DNA of 64,000 nt from the NCBI GenBank assembly GCA_964016885.1, contig OZ024741.1, positions 286,378,001 through 286,442,000 on the forward strand, given 5' to 3'. The position numbers were made by a program, and so were the translations under genes. The notes under the pieces were generated by a model that did not search any database, was not told the origin of the DNA, and saw nothing but the letters and a program-made list of their open reading frames with translations. How positions within the stretch are numbered: position 1 is the stretch's first letter; each line of letters starts with the position of its first letter. Of the stretch, positions 39,819-52,554 are shown one piece after another. Source of the stretch: Eledone cirrhosa (Eukaryota).

Positions 39819-40272
39819 TGGTGGCTGCCAACTCGTTTTCGAGTACGGCCACTACTTTATATCCATGTAGGAGAACCCCTACCGATGCGCTGAACGAGTG
39901 TGACTTTTTAGTCCAGCCAGCGCCTTGAAAACTCTGGTACAAACACTACACTTGTGACAATTATTGACACATAGTGCTGGGCCCATGGTACCATGTGATG
40001 ACAAGTGCAGAGAGATCTCCAGATATAAAGCAATGCCTGTGCCGTGAAGCTTTTATAGTGAGCAAAGGCACTGCACAAAGCCAGTCCCACTCTCTTAACC
40101 AAGATGATATTTAACAAAAATAAGAACAAGTCAACATCATTGGATACCATCAGGGTTGCAGGTGTTATATCAGAGTTTTCCATCTCCTAGAATTCTGCCT
40201 TGACAAAGGCTAAGGGGTCATCTCTCCCGGTGATTTTGGATGGCCATTGACTCTTAAGAGCTCCTTTGCCCA
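39819..40272 (-). mobile_element. RTE-derived bipartite non-autonomous element, 5'-truncated
   Basis: Second copy, slightly longer at the 5' end, with (ATGT)n tail. Confidence 0.85.
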
Positions 40273-40283
40273 TGAACATTCAT

Positions 40284-40346
<63 letters not shown>

Positions 40347-40844
40347 TACATACATACATACATACATACATACATACATACATACATACACAGAAGATAT
40401 ATATATATAGCGATACTAATGAAACGCTGGAAAAGAAATTAGAAATTATGAAGATCGATTTTGATCAATGACTGACAGATTTAAAAAAAAAACAGACAAT
40501 GAGCAAGCAAAGGAAAGAATGAAGCAATCGAGGACATACATTGATAGAAGAGAGTGATTAGAGAAAAACCTACTTCAGTAAAGTAAGAGATCAAGAAGTG
40601 ACAGGACAACATAGAAAGCTCTAGAAGAATTCATCACGCGTTTATTTCACCTCACGAAGGTTTATATCTTCATTTTGTTTTGACATTTCCTTTATAGAGA
40701 TGGTCGTGTACTAGTGTGTACTAGTGTGTACTAGTGTGTACTGGTGTGTACTGGTGTGGACTGGTGTGTACTGCCGTGTTTGATGTCTTCAGTTTTAAGT
40801 GGGCTGGTTTTTATTTATATATATGTGTGTGTGTGTGTGTGTAG

Positions 40845-40889
<45 letters not shown>

Positions 40890-40931
40890 TATAGCTATAT
40901 TAATATGTATATATATATATATATATGTGTG

Positions 40932-40964
<33 letters not shown>

Positions 40965-40999
40965 GTATATATAAATATATATGTATATATAAATATATG

Positions 41000-41078
<79 letters not shown>

Positions 41079-41208
41079 GTGAGGTTTTTTTTACAAAATG
41101 AAAAATAACCGAGGTGTCCTACACGAGTGGAAGTATAAAGAAAAAGGGATGAAATCGAAAATGCAACTGAAGTCTTATTTTTTTTTAAATATATATATTT
41201 ATTTGGTT

Positions 41209-41246
41209 CCTTTACCGGTTTCGCAGTTCTTCTGCTTTTCAAAAGG
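41209..41246 (-). ncRNA. U3-A8 variant minimal hammerhead
   Basis: cctt-TTGAAAA-gcag aagaa ctgc-GAAA-CCGG-TA-aagg. Confidence 0.75.
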
Positions 41247-41306
41247 TGAGTTGAGATGGAGGGTCTGTGGTTTTTAGAAAAACCACAGACACTCCATCTC
41301 AACTCA

Positions 41307-41344
41307 CCTTTTGAAAAGCAGAAGAACTGCGAAACCGGTAAAGG
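41307..41344 (+). ncRNA. U3-A8 variant minimal hammerhead
   Basis: cctt-TTGAAAA-gcag aagaa ctgc-GAAA-CCGG-TA-aagg. Confidence 0.75.
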
Positions 41345-41412
41345 AACCAAATAAATATATATATTTTTTAAAAAATAAGACTTCAGTTGCATTTTCGATT
41401 TCATCCCTTTTT

Positions 41413-41448
<36 letters not shown>

Positions 41449-41786
41449 GTTCTCTACATTCCTTACATCAAACTAAAATATGTTGACAATCTTTTAATAA
41501 TATCTTCCTTGTGAGATTTGTGGTCTTGCTTTGCTTAACTAATGAATATATATATATATCACCCAATTTCACCAAATTTATAGGAATCTTATAATGAAAC
41601 GAGACGTCCGTCTGGGAAGAGATATATTCGATATGTCTCATATGAAATAATACAGCCAATTTTCCACACAATACATTTAGTTAGCACCCCGAACGCTTAA
41701 TTAGGAATATACTCACTTATTTCCTAATGTTTGTTGAGTGAGTTGGAATTTGGCCGGAGTATCGCTAAAAGCTTTCTCCGATAATG

Positions 41787-41889
<103 letters not shown>

Positions 41890-41942
41890 GTATATAGATA
41901 TATGTATATATATGTATATTTATATGTATATATAAATATGTG

Positions 41943-42000
<58 letters not shown>

Positions 42001-42004
<4 letters not shown>

Positions 42005-42747
42005 GACAGGGGGGGGAGAAAAAATGGCTTCACTTGTGCTTTCAACAAATTTATTTTCTTCACAAAATCCAAAAAGAATTTTTCTTAAAAAAAATTATTT
42101 TATAAATTAAGTTGTTGGTTGTTGGTTAGGTCTTAGGAGTTCTTGGTTAACGTAGGAGGTATTGTTTCGTTTTTAGAAAGAATTTTCACGCTGAGGTGCG
42201 CTTGGCAAACTGATGTGTATGTGGTGTGTTGTTCTATATATAGGGATTTAACATGTCTGTGGTGTGGTAGGGGTTTCTTTTCTCCCCCTTTAATGAGTGC
42301 ATGGGTGTAGGTGTGTTGAAAAAGTGTTCATAGCAGTAATGAGTTGAGACGGTGAGTAGGGTTGGGTGGGGAGAAATGTAGCAAGTGCGGCCTGCCCCGG
42401 TCATTCTCGAACAATTCCTTTATTCAGGGGAAAAAGCTTTTAGTATTGCTTTTGTGTTGAGAATGGTCACAGGCAAATCGCACCGGTCAAGTTTGTGAAT
42501 AATTATTTTTTTCTTTTTTCCTGAAGAATTTTTCTACGTCCATCCCAAACTTAGTCCTTTGTTCAACACACACATATGTGCGCATATACGTACATACACA
42601 CACGGGCATATGTAGGAATATATAGGCACACACCATCAATCACACACCCATGTACAAATACATACACAAAAACATATAGAGACACATATAAAAACACACA
42701 TACACATACGTACACACACGAATATGTACTCATACCTCCACATGGGC

Positions 42748-42778
<31 letters not shown>

Positions 42779-42789
42779 TATATACACAT

Positions 42790-42854
<65 letters not shown>

Positions 42855-42999
42855 CGTGTGTGTGTGTATGCCTCTCTCTTTATATGTGTATATATATATA
42901 GATGTATGTGTGTATGTGTGTGTATGTATGCATGTATGTGTGAACGGAGGGGTATATATACGGACATATGTATATATGTGTGTGTTTGTATACACGTGC

Positions 43000-43032
<33 letters not shown>

Positions 43033-43186
43033 CGTGTATGTGTATATATGTATATTTAGTTATGTATCTTTATATGTGTATATGTATGTATATGTATGTA
43101 TGTATATGTATGTATATATGTATATATATATATATATGTGTGTGTATATATATGTGTGTGTGCGTATGTGTGTGTATGTGTATATG

Positions 43187-43241
<55 letters not shown>

Positions 43242-43248
43242 ATGTGTA

Positions 43249-43279
<31 letters not shown>

Positions 43280-44061
43280 GCCCATGTGGAGGTATGAGTA
43301 CATATTCGTGTGTGTACATATGTGTATGTGTGTTTTTATATGTGTCTCTATATGTTTTTGTGTATGTATTTGTACATGGGTGTGTGATTGATGGTGTGTG
43401 CCTATATATTCCTACATATGCCCGTATGTGTGTATGTACGTATATGCGCACATATGTGTGTGTTGAACAAAGGACTAAGTTTGGGATGGACGTAGATAAA
43501 TTCTTCAGGAAAAAAAGAAAAAAATAATTATTCACAAACTTGACAGGTGCGATTTGCCTGTGACCATTCTCAACACAAAAGCAATACTAAAAGCTTTTTC
43601 CCCTGAATAAAGGAATTGTTCGAGAATGACCGGGGCAGGCCGCACTTGCTACATTTCTCCCCACCCAACCCTACTCACCGTCTCAACTCATTACTGCTAT
43701 GAACACTTTTTCAACACACCTACACCCATGCACTTATTAAAGGGGGAGAAAAGAAAGCCCCACCACACCACAGACATGTTAAATCCCTATATATAGAACA
43801 ACACACCACATACACATCAGTTTGACAAGCGCACCTCAGCGTGAAAGGTCTTTCTAAAAACGAAACAATACCTCCTACGTTAACCAAGAACTCCTAAGAC
43901 CTAACCAACAACCAACAACTTAATTTATAAAATAATTTTTTTTAAGAAAAATTCTTTTTGGATTTTGTGAAGAAAATAAATTTGTTGAAAGCACAAGTGA
44001 AGCCATTTTTTCTTCCCCCCTGTCTTAATATACCTAACTGTACCAAGGATTACACACATTT

Positions 44062-44066
<5 letters not shown>
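42001..44066. mobile_element. 2-kb non-coding inverted-repeat element in (TA)n (probable PLE 3' UTR, head-to-head)
   Basis: About 42001-42850 is the reverse complement of about 43185-44030; right arm has an extra 34-nt tail; no ORF. Confidence 0.75.
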
Positions 44067-44140
<74 letters not shown>

Positions 44141-44143
<3 letters not shown>

Positions 44144-44415
44144 TTTCTGAATTTGTTTAGCAAGATTCTTTATTTGGAAACGTGTGTTGAAACCGATATT
44201 GTTATGCTTTGGGAGGGTCATGTTTCCAATAAGAAACACACGCACTAGTTGCTTTCACTACAATTTATTATAAGTTAAATTTATAAATTTAAGAATTTAT
44301 AAATTTATAAATTTCCGGTTGGTTGGTTGGTTCCACAACCGGACGGTTGTTCATATATTGTCAAAGTTCTTTCGTCACACATTCTGTGACCTCTTCAGTG
44401 ACTGGGGATTCTTTT
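44141..44415 (-). mobile_element. short PLE-type terminal repeat, family B
   Basis: Between (TA)n tracts; homologous to 47520-47800. Confidence 0.75.
44360..44402 (-). ncRNA. minimal type I hammerhead
   Basis: gtca-CTGAAGA-g-gtcaca gaatg tgtgac-GAAA-gaac-TT-tgac. Confidence 0.75.
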
Positions 44416-44433
44416 CTATGTATATATATATAC

Positions 44434-44478
<45 letters not shown>

Positions 44479-44528
44479 GATGTATATATATATATATGTA
44501 TATATATATGTATATATATGTATATATA

Positions 44529-44612
<84 letters not shown>

Positions 44613-44615
<3 letters not shown>

Positions 44616-45198
44616 TTAGTGTTACTGGTAACATGTATCCCAGTACAACCTGTCTCATGGTCGGGTCGTTGCCGACTAAACTGGCAACCCCACCAAGGTT
44701 TCTTGGTGAGGAGGGTGACTTTGGACATCCTGCAGGACTAAAAACAAAACCTCTCAAAAGGCAAAGGAGCTCTTAAGAGTCAATGGCCATCCAAAATCAC
44801 CGGGAGAGATGACTCCTTAGCCTTCTAGGAGAAGGAAAACTCTGATATAACACCTGCAACCCTGATGGTATCCAATGATGTTGACTTGTTCTTCTTTTTG
44901 GTAAATATCATCTTGGTTAAGAGAGTGGGACTGGCTTTGTGCAGTGCCTGTGCTCACTATAAAAGCTTCACGGCACAGGCATTGCTTTATATCTGGAGAT
45001 CTCTCTGCACTTGTCGTCACATGGTACCATGGGCCCAGCACTATGTGTCAATAATTGTCACAAGTGTAGTGTTTGTACCAGAGTTTTCAAGTCGCTGGCT
45101 GGACTAAAATGTCACACTCGTTCAGCGCATCAGTAAGGTTTCTCCTACATGGATATAAAGTAGTGGCCATACTCGAAAACGAGTTGGCCGCCACCATG
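44613..45198 (+). mobile_element. RTE-derived bipartite non-autonomous element (longest copy)
   Basis: 5' end homologous to the RTE 5' UTR at 11450-11590; 3' end encodes HKCSVCTRVFKSLAGLKCHTRSAH* (C2H2, RTE C-terminus). Confidence 0.85.
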
Positions 45199-45379
45199 TA
45201 TATATACATAATAAAATAGACATTCATTCACATGTTATGTATGTGAATATCAATGTTTGTAAGTATGTATATATACATACACACATATACATATATATAT
45301 GTGTGTGTGTACACAAACATACGTACATACATATGAATATATGTAGTCATGTACATTATTTATGTAGGTGTGGGTGAGA

Positions 45380-45445
<66 letters not shown>

Positions 45446-46057
45446 ATACACACACATTCACAAATATATACATGTGTATGCATGTAATTATATGTATATA
45501 TACATATATGTGTATGTGTGTGTCTATGTATGCATGGATGGGTGTGCGCGTATGTGTGTTTGTGTGTACATATACACTTACACACATGTCATTACCAATA
45601 TAGCATCATCAACATGAACTCGTGCATGACGAATGATGACAATCTTAGTGTCAAATTTCTCTTGAAATAATTTTTAAAAGAAAACAAAACTTGTTTATTT
45701 CGCATAGACGTCAAATCATAACACTTCCTACTGACAAAGTCGTTTTGCTCTCTCTCATTGATCCAATATTTTACTGAGATGAACTAATATTGTACAACCT
45801 ATGTTCATGCGCGTCTATCTACTAAATAACGCCTATATAACAATCCTAGCATATATACCAACACTTCAGTACTCAGAGGAAATGTATCGCTATCTTTCCA
45901 AGACAGTTACTATTTATTGGTGACATGGAATTACTGCTTCGTTCCATTGTCCGTTTCTAGCTGGAATATCTCTCATGTGACTAAACATGTAACTCTCTTG
46001 TGTTCAACATTGTCTGTCGAGGTGAATAATTACCGAAATACCTATATGTCGCTTTAT

Positions 46058-46284
46058 CCCTTTAGCATTTAAACCGGCCATATCCGGCCAAGATTTTCTT
46101 GCCTCTTTCTGATCAAACCGGCAGTAACCGGCTGCGCATACTAATGTTAAGGTATTTTTCTCAAAATAAATAATATCAAAATCTCATAGATTCGATATTA
46201 CGTGAGATAATTATGTGAGATAAAGCATTTACCATGAAAATATAATAGTATATATATATATAGAGTAATGTAAATGCTAAAGGG
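46058..46284. mobile_element. piggyBac-like (TTAA) MITE
   Basis: ttat-CCCTTTAGCATTTA...TAAATGCTAAAGGG-ttaa. Confidence 0.8.
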
Positions 46285-47162
46285 TTAAATAATTCAAGGT
46301 AAATATTCTATATTTCCTTTATGTGATATACTTCAAGGTCGTTGTTCCAATGTGTTTAACTCACGTGCACATTGAATAATAACACTGACTACCTATTTCG
46401 GTTTCACTAACTAAGCCGTGAACAACAGTTTATTTTCCAGCTTCGCACTTCCTACCCACCTGGATTAAATTTGGCGCTACAGTTCCTCTAAATCACCTGC
46501 CAGCTACACACACGAACTGAGTGCGCGCACACACACTTAACTGCATTTTCAAAATGCAACTTGTGTTAACTTAGATATTTAGTGACGACAGCCATTGACG
46601 TCTAGCAAAATACAGAATGTCGAGGCAATGATATACTCACTTCGTTATTATCACTCTCACTGCTTACGTTTTTGTTTGTTGTTTTTTTTACTACACATTT
46701 GTTTTTCTCTCTGAACCATCTACCTAATGGTGTAGCCTTGCTTTCGCTGATTTCAATTCTGTACGTTAAATATTATCCTTGAATTTTAGCGTATTCTGTC
46801 TTGTTTTCGTTTTAATTTTATTCTATTTCTTCGCCCGCTATATATATATATATATATCGATTGGTTATTGATTAGGCGATACCCGCTGATGAAGCCGCAT
46901 AAGCCGATTGTGCATTGTTGCATAATATATGCAGACAGATGGTGCAGTGCACCTTACTGATGCATTAGTGCTGCAGAAACTTGGGTCCGGGAACCTTATA
47001 GGCACCCGTTTTACGTGTGTTGTGTTGAGGCAAATAACTATGTGTATACTCTGGTAATGTATCTTACATTCCCCATTAAGTGCGCTGACATACAACCGGT
47101 ACTGGCATTGATAAATATGCTGGGTCCGTCAACCCTTATTATATATATATATATATGTGTGA

Positions 47163-47358
47163 GAAAAACCACAGACCCTCCATCTCAACTCTACTTTTGA
47201 AAAGCAGAAGAACTGCGAAACCGGTAAAGAAACCAAATAAATATATATATTTTTTTTAATTAGACTCCAGTTGCATTTTCGATTTCATCTTTTTTTCTTT
47301 ATACTTTCACTCGTGTAGGACACCTCGGTTATTTTTCATTTTGTAAAAAAAACCTCAC

Positions 47359-47365
<7 letters not shown>
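47163..47365 (+). mobile_element. PLE-type terminal remnant family A with U3-A8 hammerhead (47194-47229)
   Basis: ctt-TTGAAAA-gcagaagaactgc-GAAA-CCGG-TA-aag; (TA)n flanks; 17-nt inverted 3' tip at 47422. Confidence 0.8.
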
Positions 47366-47428
<63 letters not shown>

Positions 47429-47519
47429 GTGAGGTTTTATATATATATATATATAACACAACACACACACAGAAACAAAATGGCGTAGGATAGAAGAAAG
47501 GAAAGGCACAGAAACAAAG

Positions 47520-47797
47520 GAAAGGAATCCCCAGTCACTGAAGAGGTCACAGAGTGTGTGACGAAAGGACTATGACTATATATAAACAACTATCTGGTTG
47601 TGGAACCAACCAACCAACCAGAAATTTATAAGTTTGTAAATTTGTAAATTTATAAATTTATAAATATATAATAAACTGAAGTGAAAGCAACTGGTGCGTG
47701 TGTTTCTTATTGGCAACATGACCCTCCCAAAGTATAACAATATCGGTTTCAACACACGATTTCAGATAAAGAATCTTGCTAAACAAATTCAGAAACG

Positions 47798-47800
<3 letters not shown>
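47520..47800 (+). mobile_element. short PLE-type terminal repeat, family B
   Basis: Ends in (TA)n; homologous to 44141-44415 and 12236-12415; partial relative at 51311-51460. Confidence 0.75.
47533..47577 (+). ncRNA. minimal type I hammerhead
   Basis: agtca-CTGAAGA-g-gtcaca gagtg tgtgac-GAAA-ggac-TA-tgact. Confidence 0.8.
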
Positions 47801-47838
<38 letters not shown>

Positions 47839-47974
47839 GATTGGTGCTCTGAAATAGCGATGTATACGTGAAGGTATGTATAGTATATTTGGCAGATGAA
47901 ACTACAGAATTAAAATAACCAACGATGAAACTGCACAAGTAAAATAACCAAATGAAGACAAATATATATATATA

Positions 47975-48285
47975 ACTGGCACTCCGTCGGTTACGACGAT
48001 GAGTGTTTCAGTTGATACGATCAACGGAACAGCCTGCTCGTGAAATTAACGTGCAAGTAACTAAGGCTTCTACAGACATGCGTTGTCTTAGCGTAGTTCT
48101 CAGGGAGATTCAGCGTGACTCAGAATATGACATGGCTGACCCTTCAAATTACAGGTCAGGTTCAACTCATTTTTGCCAGCAGAATGGACTGGAACATCAT
48201 GAAATAAAGTTTCTTGCTCAAGGGTACAACGCGCTGCCAGGAATCGAACTCATGATTGTGAGCTGAATACCCTAACCACATGCGT
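47975..48285 (-). mobile_element. second SINE family, near full length
   Basis: Minus strand GTGGTTAGGGT..GAGTTCGATTCC..GTTGTACCCTTGAGCAAG; tail CGTCGTAACCGACGGAGTGCC. Confidence 0.75.
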
Positions 48286-48672
48286 CTTTACAAGCAATAA
48301 ATAGATCCACAAATACACACAGTGTTTTCAAAATAACAAAATATTTCAAAACGAATCCGAAAGTTGCATTAGACTACATGAAATATCAATTTCAAGTTGA
48401 TCAAGTATCTCACTAAATTAGAATCCAGCAATTTCGTCGAAGAAGCAACTGTATTACAGAACTCAAAACAAATTGACAGGATACAATATTGATTTATTAT
48501 TTCGGCACAAGGCCAGTAATTTGGAAAGAAGGGAAGTCAATTAAACTGACTCCAGTACTTGGGCGGTACTTTATTTTGAAGATAATATTTATACTTATAA
48601 ATATGAATTTCAACTTTTAATGTCGGTGAAATGGGAAAGAAATAAACTCGAAAGCATATCTCAGCTGACAAT

Positions 48673-49515
48673 ATGGCGAAAGTGTTGCCACGGAGACAGC
48701 CAGCGTTCTATAGAGGTTTAGTGGTGGGCAAGTGCAACGACATTCTCGGAGAAATTCTGGCCGTCGACGAAATCGAACTAACCAATCTGTTCCGGAGAAC
48801 TTTCGAGCCGTGGACTATGGACAATTTCCAGAAATTCCTGGCTTGGCTACCGGGGGAGGGCGGGTTAGTGCCGGTTCGAGACAAACTCTACAGGCACGGG
48901 AGTACTGTCCGACAGACCTGTCCAAGATGCGTGCAGGGGGATGAAACCGTTCTGCTCGTGCTCCTCCCGTGTTCGAGCATTGGGAACTTGTGGAATTTTG
49001 TCCAACAGCTATTATAGTGTGAAGATCGCTCCGCCATCTTCTTAAGGTCGTAGCTGGTAGCTATAGTAAAAGAGGCTGAGTGGTGGACACGGCTCGGAAA
49101 AAGACTGAAGATAAACACCTTCCTCTTCGGCCAATCCATCATTGACTTTTTCAAGTTCCACTTGGAAAGGAATGTGAGTGTGGGGAGGGAAGTGCTGCTT
49201 CAAGTACATTTGTTAAAAGGGGGAGTGAATGTGGCGAGAATGGCCCGAGTGAATGGGCTTACACTGACCATGTGTCTGTAGGCTGGAGAGTTTGCAGAAG
49301 AGAGGGCCACCTTCCGATGGTGCTCTTGGAGATTAAGGTGGTTTAGGATCTGTGGGGTTTTAAGTTTCCTGGGTCTTAGTCCCCCTAGTGACAAATTTTG
49401 TTATTTATTTATTATTGTTTCCTTTTATCTTTTTTTACACTTTTTATGTAAATCCCCAATCTCCCTGATTTTTGTATTGTCATTTATGTTTCGACCCTAG
49501 TGGTCAATAAAGAAA
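48673..49515 (+). mobile_element. Tx1/L1-type LINE 3' fragment
   Basis: FYRGLV..KCNDILGE, MDNFQK, PVRDKLYRHG and CPRC..DETVL, homologous to 31740-32620; AATAAAGAAA end. Confidence 0.88.
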
Positions 49516-49615
49516 TGATTATTAGTTCTGGCTCTCTGTGTTCTGAGTCCAATTCCCGTCATAAAATGTGGATTTATTCTTACATTTCTGTATCTCTTTC
49601 TCAATTCCCCTATCT

Positions 49616-49690
<75 letters not shown>

Positions 49691-49825
49691 TTACTGTCTT
49701 TTATTGTCTTTCACCCTCTCTTCTGGAAGAAAGTGGTTGTATTCTGATCTGGAGACTGTGAATGAGCTCCGCTGTGTTTAAAATGTTCCTACCACTTCAT
49801 CAGCAGTAAGGGCTAAAAAGAAAAT

Positions 49826-49874
<49 letters not shown>

Positions 49875-51254
49875 CAGCAGCAGTAGTGCTGTTGGTGTTT
49901 CTGTGGTCACGCTTTCTCTTGCTGTAAATATAATTATTGGTTTTTCATTCCACCACCAGTCAACTCTGTCTCTCTCACTCTGTCTCTTTCTCTTTCTTTC
50001 ATTTGTCAATTTGTCTCTCTTCCTCTATCTCATCTTAATATCTATAAATTTCCCTTGTATTTATTCAGCTGTTTAATTTGTTCTACTTCGTCTTTGATGA
50101 AGAAAAGAAGTTACTAAGCAATGTTTAAATACCTGAATATGTTCGTGTTTCTTACATTCTCCGTGGTTCTTTGTTGTATAATCTTCTTGTTTTATTCTAG
50201 TCTTTAAAGAGAGAGAAAGAAAGATGTAGTAATAAAGGAATAAAAATACTTGATGTCGGATAATTACACAGCTTATTGTGGGAGGTAATGTTGTGTACAG
50301 CTGCTACGTTTTTTTATTGTTTTTTGTGGTAAAATGAAAGTATTTTACTTTTAGTCCTTGTGTTGACAATAACTAAATTGGCACATAGCTGGAGAGTATA
50401 TAGATCCGATCACTATATAAAGACACCTTGTATATACACTTTAGATGGTGACAGGTGGGGATAGTTTGCATATATAGTCTAGATATTTGGATCGCTGTTG
50501 CAAAACTGACTAAATCGCCTGCCTTTCGTATCTTATTAGAGTTGACATCAATTTATATTAGTGAGAGGAGCAACGACTGCATCTATGACCCCTGTCGTTG
50601 CCTCCATGTCGATTGGTAGGGAGAGAAGAAATTATTCTCGGACGGCAGACCTAACTTAATGCTTGCAACAGAGTAAACTCTACTAAATGTACTCAAGGAC
50701 CAACTTCTTGTGTTAAACTAGGCAGGTTAAGCGTCTAATATGAGAAACGGTTAGGATTTTCTATTGCTAGCTGAATATTAAATCTACGGACGCCATACCT
50801 ATAGATGTTGCTTACTGAACTGGGTGGCCCTGGCCACTTTGTAAGTTTGTACAGTAATAAGATATCGTATATTAAAGGTAAACATTTCAAAATAAAAAAT
50901 ATTATTTTACCAACAAACGCCCAAATTTTACTTATAAACCGCTGTTTCATTGTTTCCTAAAACGGTATGATCGAACCAATATATTATGTCTGATAGTATG
51001 CAGTTCTGTAACTGCTATAGATAAGTCACTATATCGACATGATCAACCCTCCGAAACGATCGTAAAACAATGAATGAGATATGTAAAATAACTTGCATTT
51101 GTTATCATTGTTAAATAAACTAATATCTAATATATCAGACACTGTATCTGAAAGATTGACTTAGCGAAATACGGAAACAATCACTGCATCTTACTGAACT
51201 ACATGAATATTGAGTTCTAACAACGGTGTAGACCCTACCACGAAAAGTAGACCA

Positions 51255-51316
<62 letters not shown>

Positions 51317-51460
51317 ATACTTGGGGAGGGTCATATTGTTATAATATTGCCAGAAATAATAACAGAGCACACTCACTGTTCGGTTTGGTTTGGTTTTGGT
51401 TGGTTTTCGCTACTGTATCTTTTATATTTCCATAGTTAATTTATTTGGCAATCAGTGTTT

Positions 51461-51508
<48 letters not shown>

Positions 51509-52554
51509 ACGTAGTCACACACTTACACATAAAAATGCAAGTGCGACGCCCGTGCACGCACAAAGTTAAAAGCATACACATATACATATAATGTACATAT
51601 GTGTGAATGTCTTGAAACAAGTGTCCTGTTTCAACAACGTTGTAATTTCTCAGTTGTCAACATAATCTTATTCTAGATGATGGTAACATCATTCTCATTC
51701 GTTCTGCCCTCTTCCAATTGCATTTCTTCACCAGAGAGGCGGTGGCTAAGATAGCTGGATGTGGAAGATACTCGTTGAGACATCATATACATGCATACAT
51801 ATATTTATTCATACATTCATACATATATACATACATACATTCATACATATATACATTCATACATATATACATACATTCATACATACATACATACATGCAT
51901 GCATGCATACATACATACATACATACATACATACATACATACATACATACATACATACATACATACATACATACATACATACTTACTTACTAAGATGCCA
52001 ATTTAATAAATAACTACGTTAAACATGAAAAAATAGTCAAGATGATGTTATACGCCGATGACAAATCCTTTTCTTTTCTATTTTTTTTTTCTTCATTGAA
52101 ACACTTACTGTCTTGTCACACCTTTACAACCAGAAGCACCTAACATCAACAACAACAACAACAACAGCAACAACAACGACAACAACAGCAACAACAACGA
52201 CAACAACAGCAACAACAACAAGAATAATAGCTATTACTACAAGAACACCCACTACATCTTGAATAGCCGCCACCAACACAGGGAAAAAAACCATCGTTGA
52301 TAAATCCATTACCAACGAAACCATCACCTACCCTAACTAATTTATGTCATTTAAAGTGCTCGTCACTAAATTACTAAGCTAACCTGCTTCTCAAATGTCA
52401 ACGCACTTTGAAGAAAAAAACCACCATTTTGTGTTGAAATATCGGTTTGTGGTTAGGGCGGGAAGAAAAATGAAGCTTAGGTTCGGAGACATGTTAAACA
52501 TGAATGGGAAGCATATAACAGACTGGTATTGGTTACATTCATTGTTGATATAGT

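Larger units (their letters stand above)
41072..41419. mobile_element. palindromic PLE-type terminal remnant (family A) in (TA)n
   Basis: Arms about 41134-41274 and 41279-41419 are reverse complements; single copy at 47163-47365. Confidence 0.85.

Noticed and set aside
40705-40775. 10-bp tandem GTGTACTAGT repeat as CRISPR or telomere-like array
   Set aside because: No spacers; simple short tandem repeat.
45058-45135. C2H2 zinc finger as a host transcription factor exon
   Set aside because: It is a single finger at the 3' end of a multi-copy RTE-derived repeat.
46880-46915. CTGATGAAGCC as a possible hammerhead
   Set aside because: GAAA is absent (GATT) and the stems do not close.
44141-47800. 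Family B copies as arms of one large inverted element
   Set aside because: The arms are clearly more diverged than in the true palindromes and the interior is unrelated elements; independent insertions are simpler.
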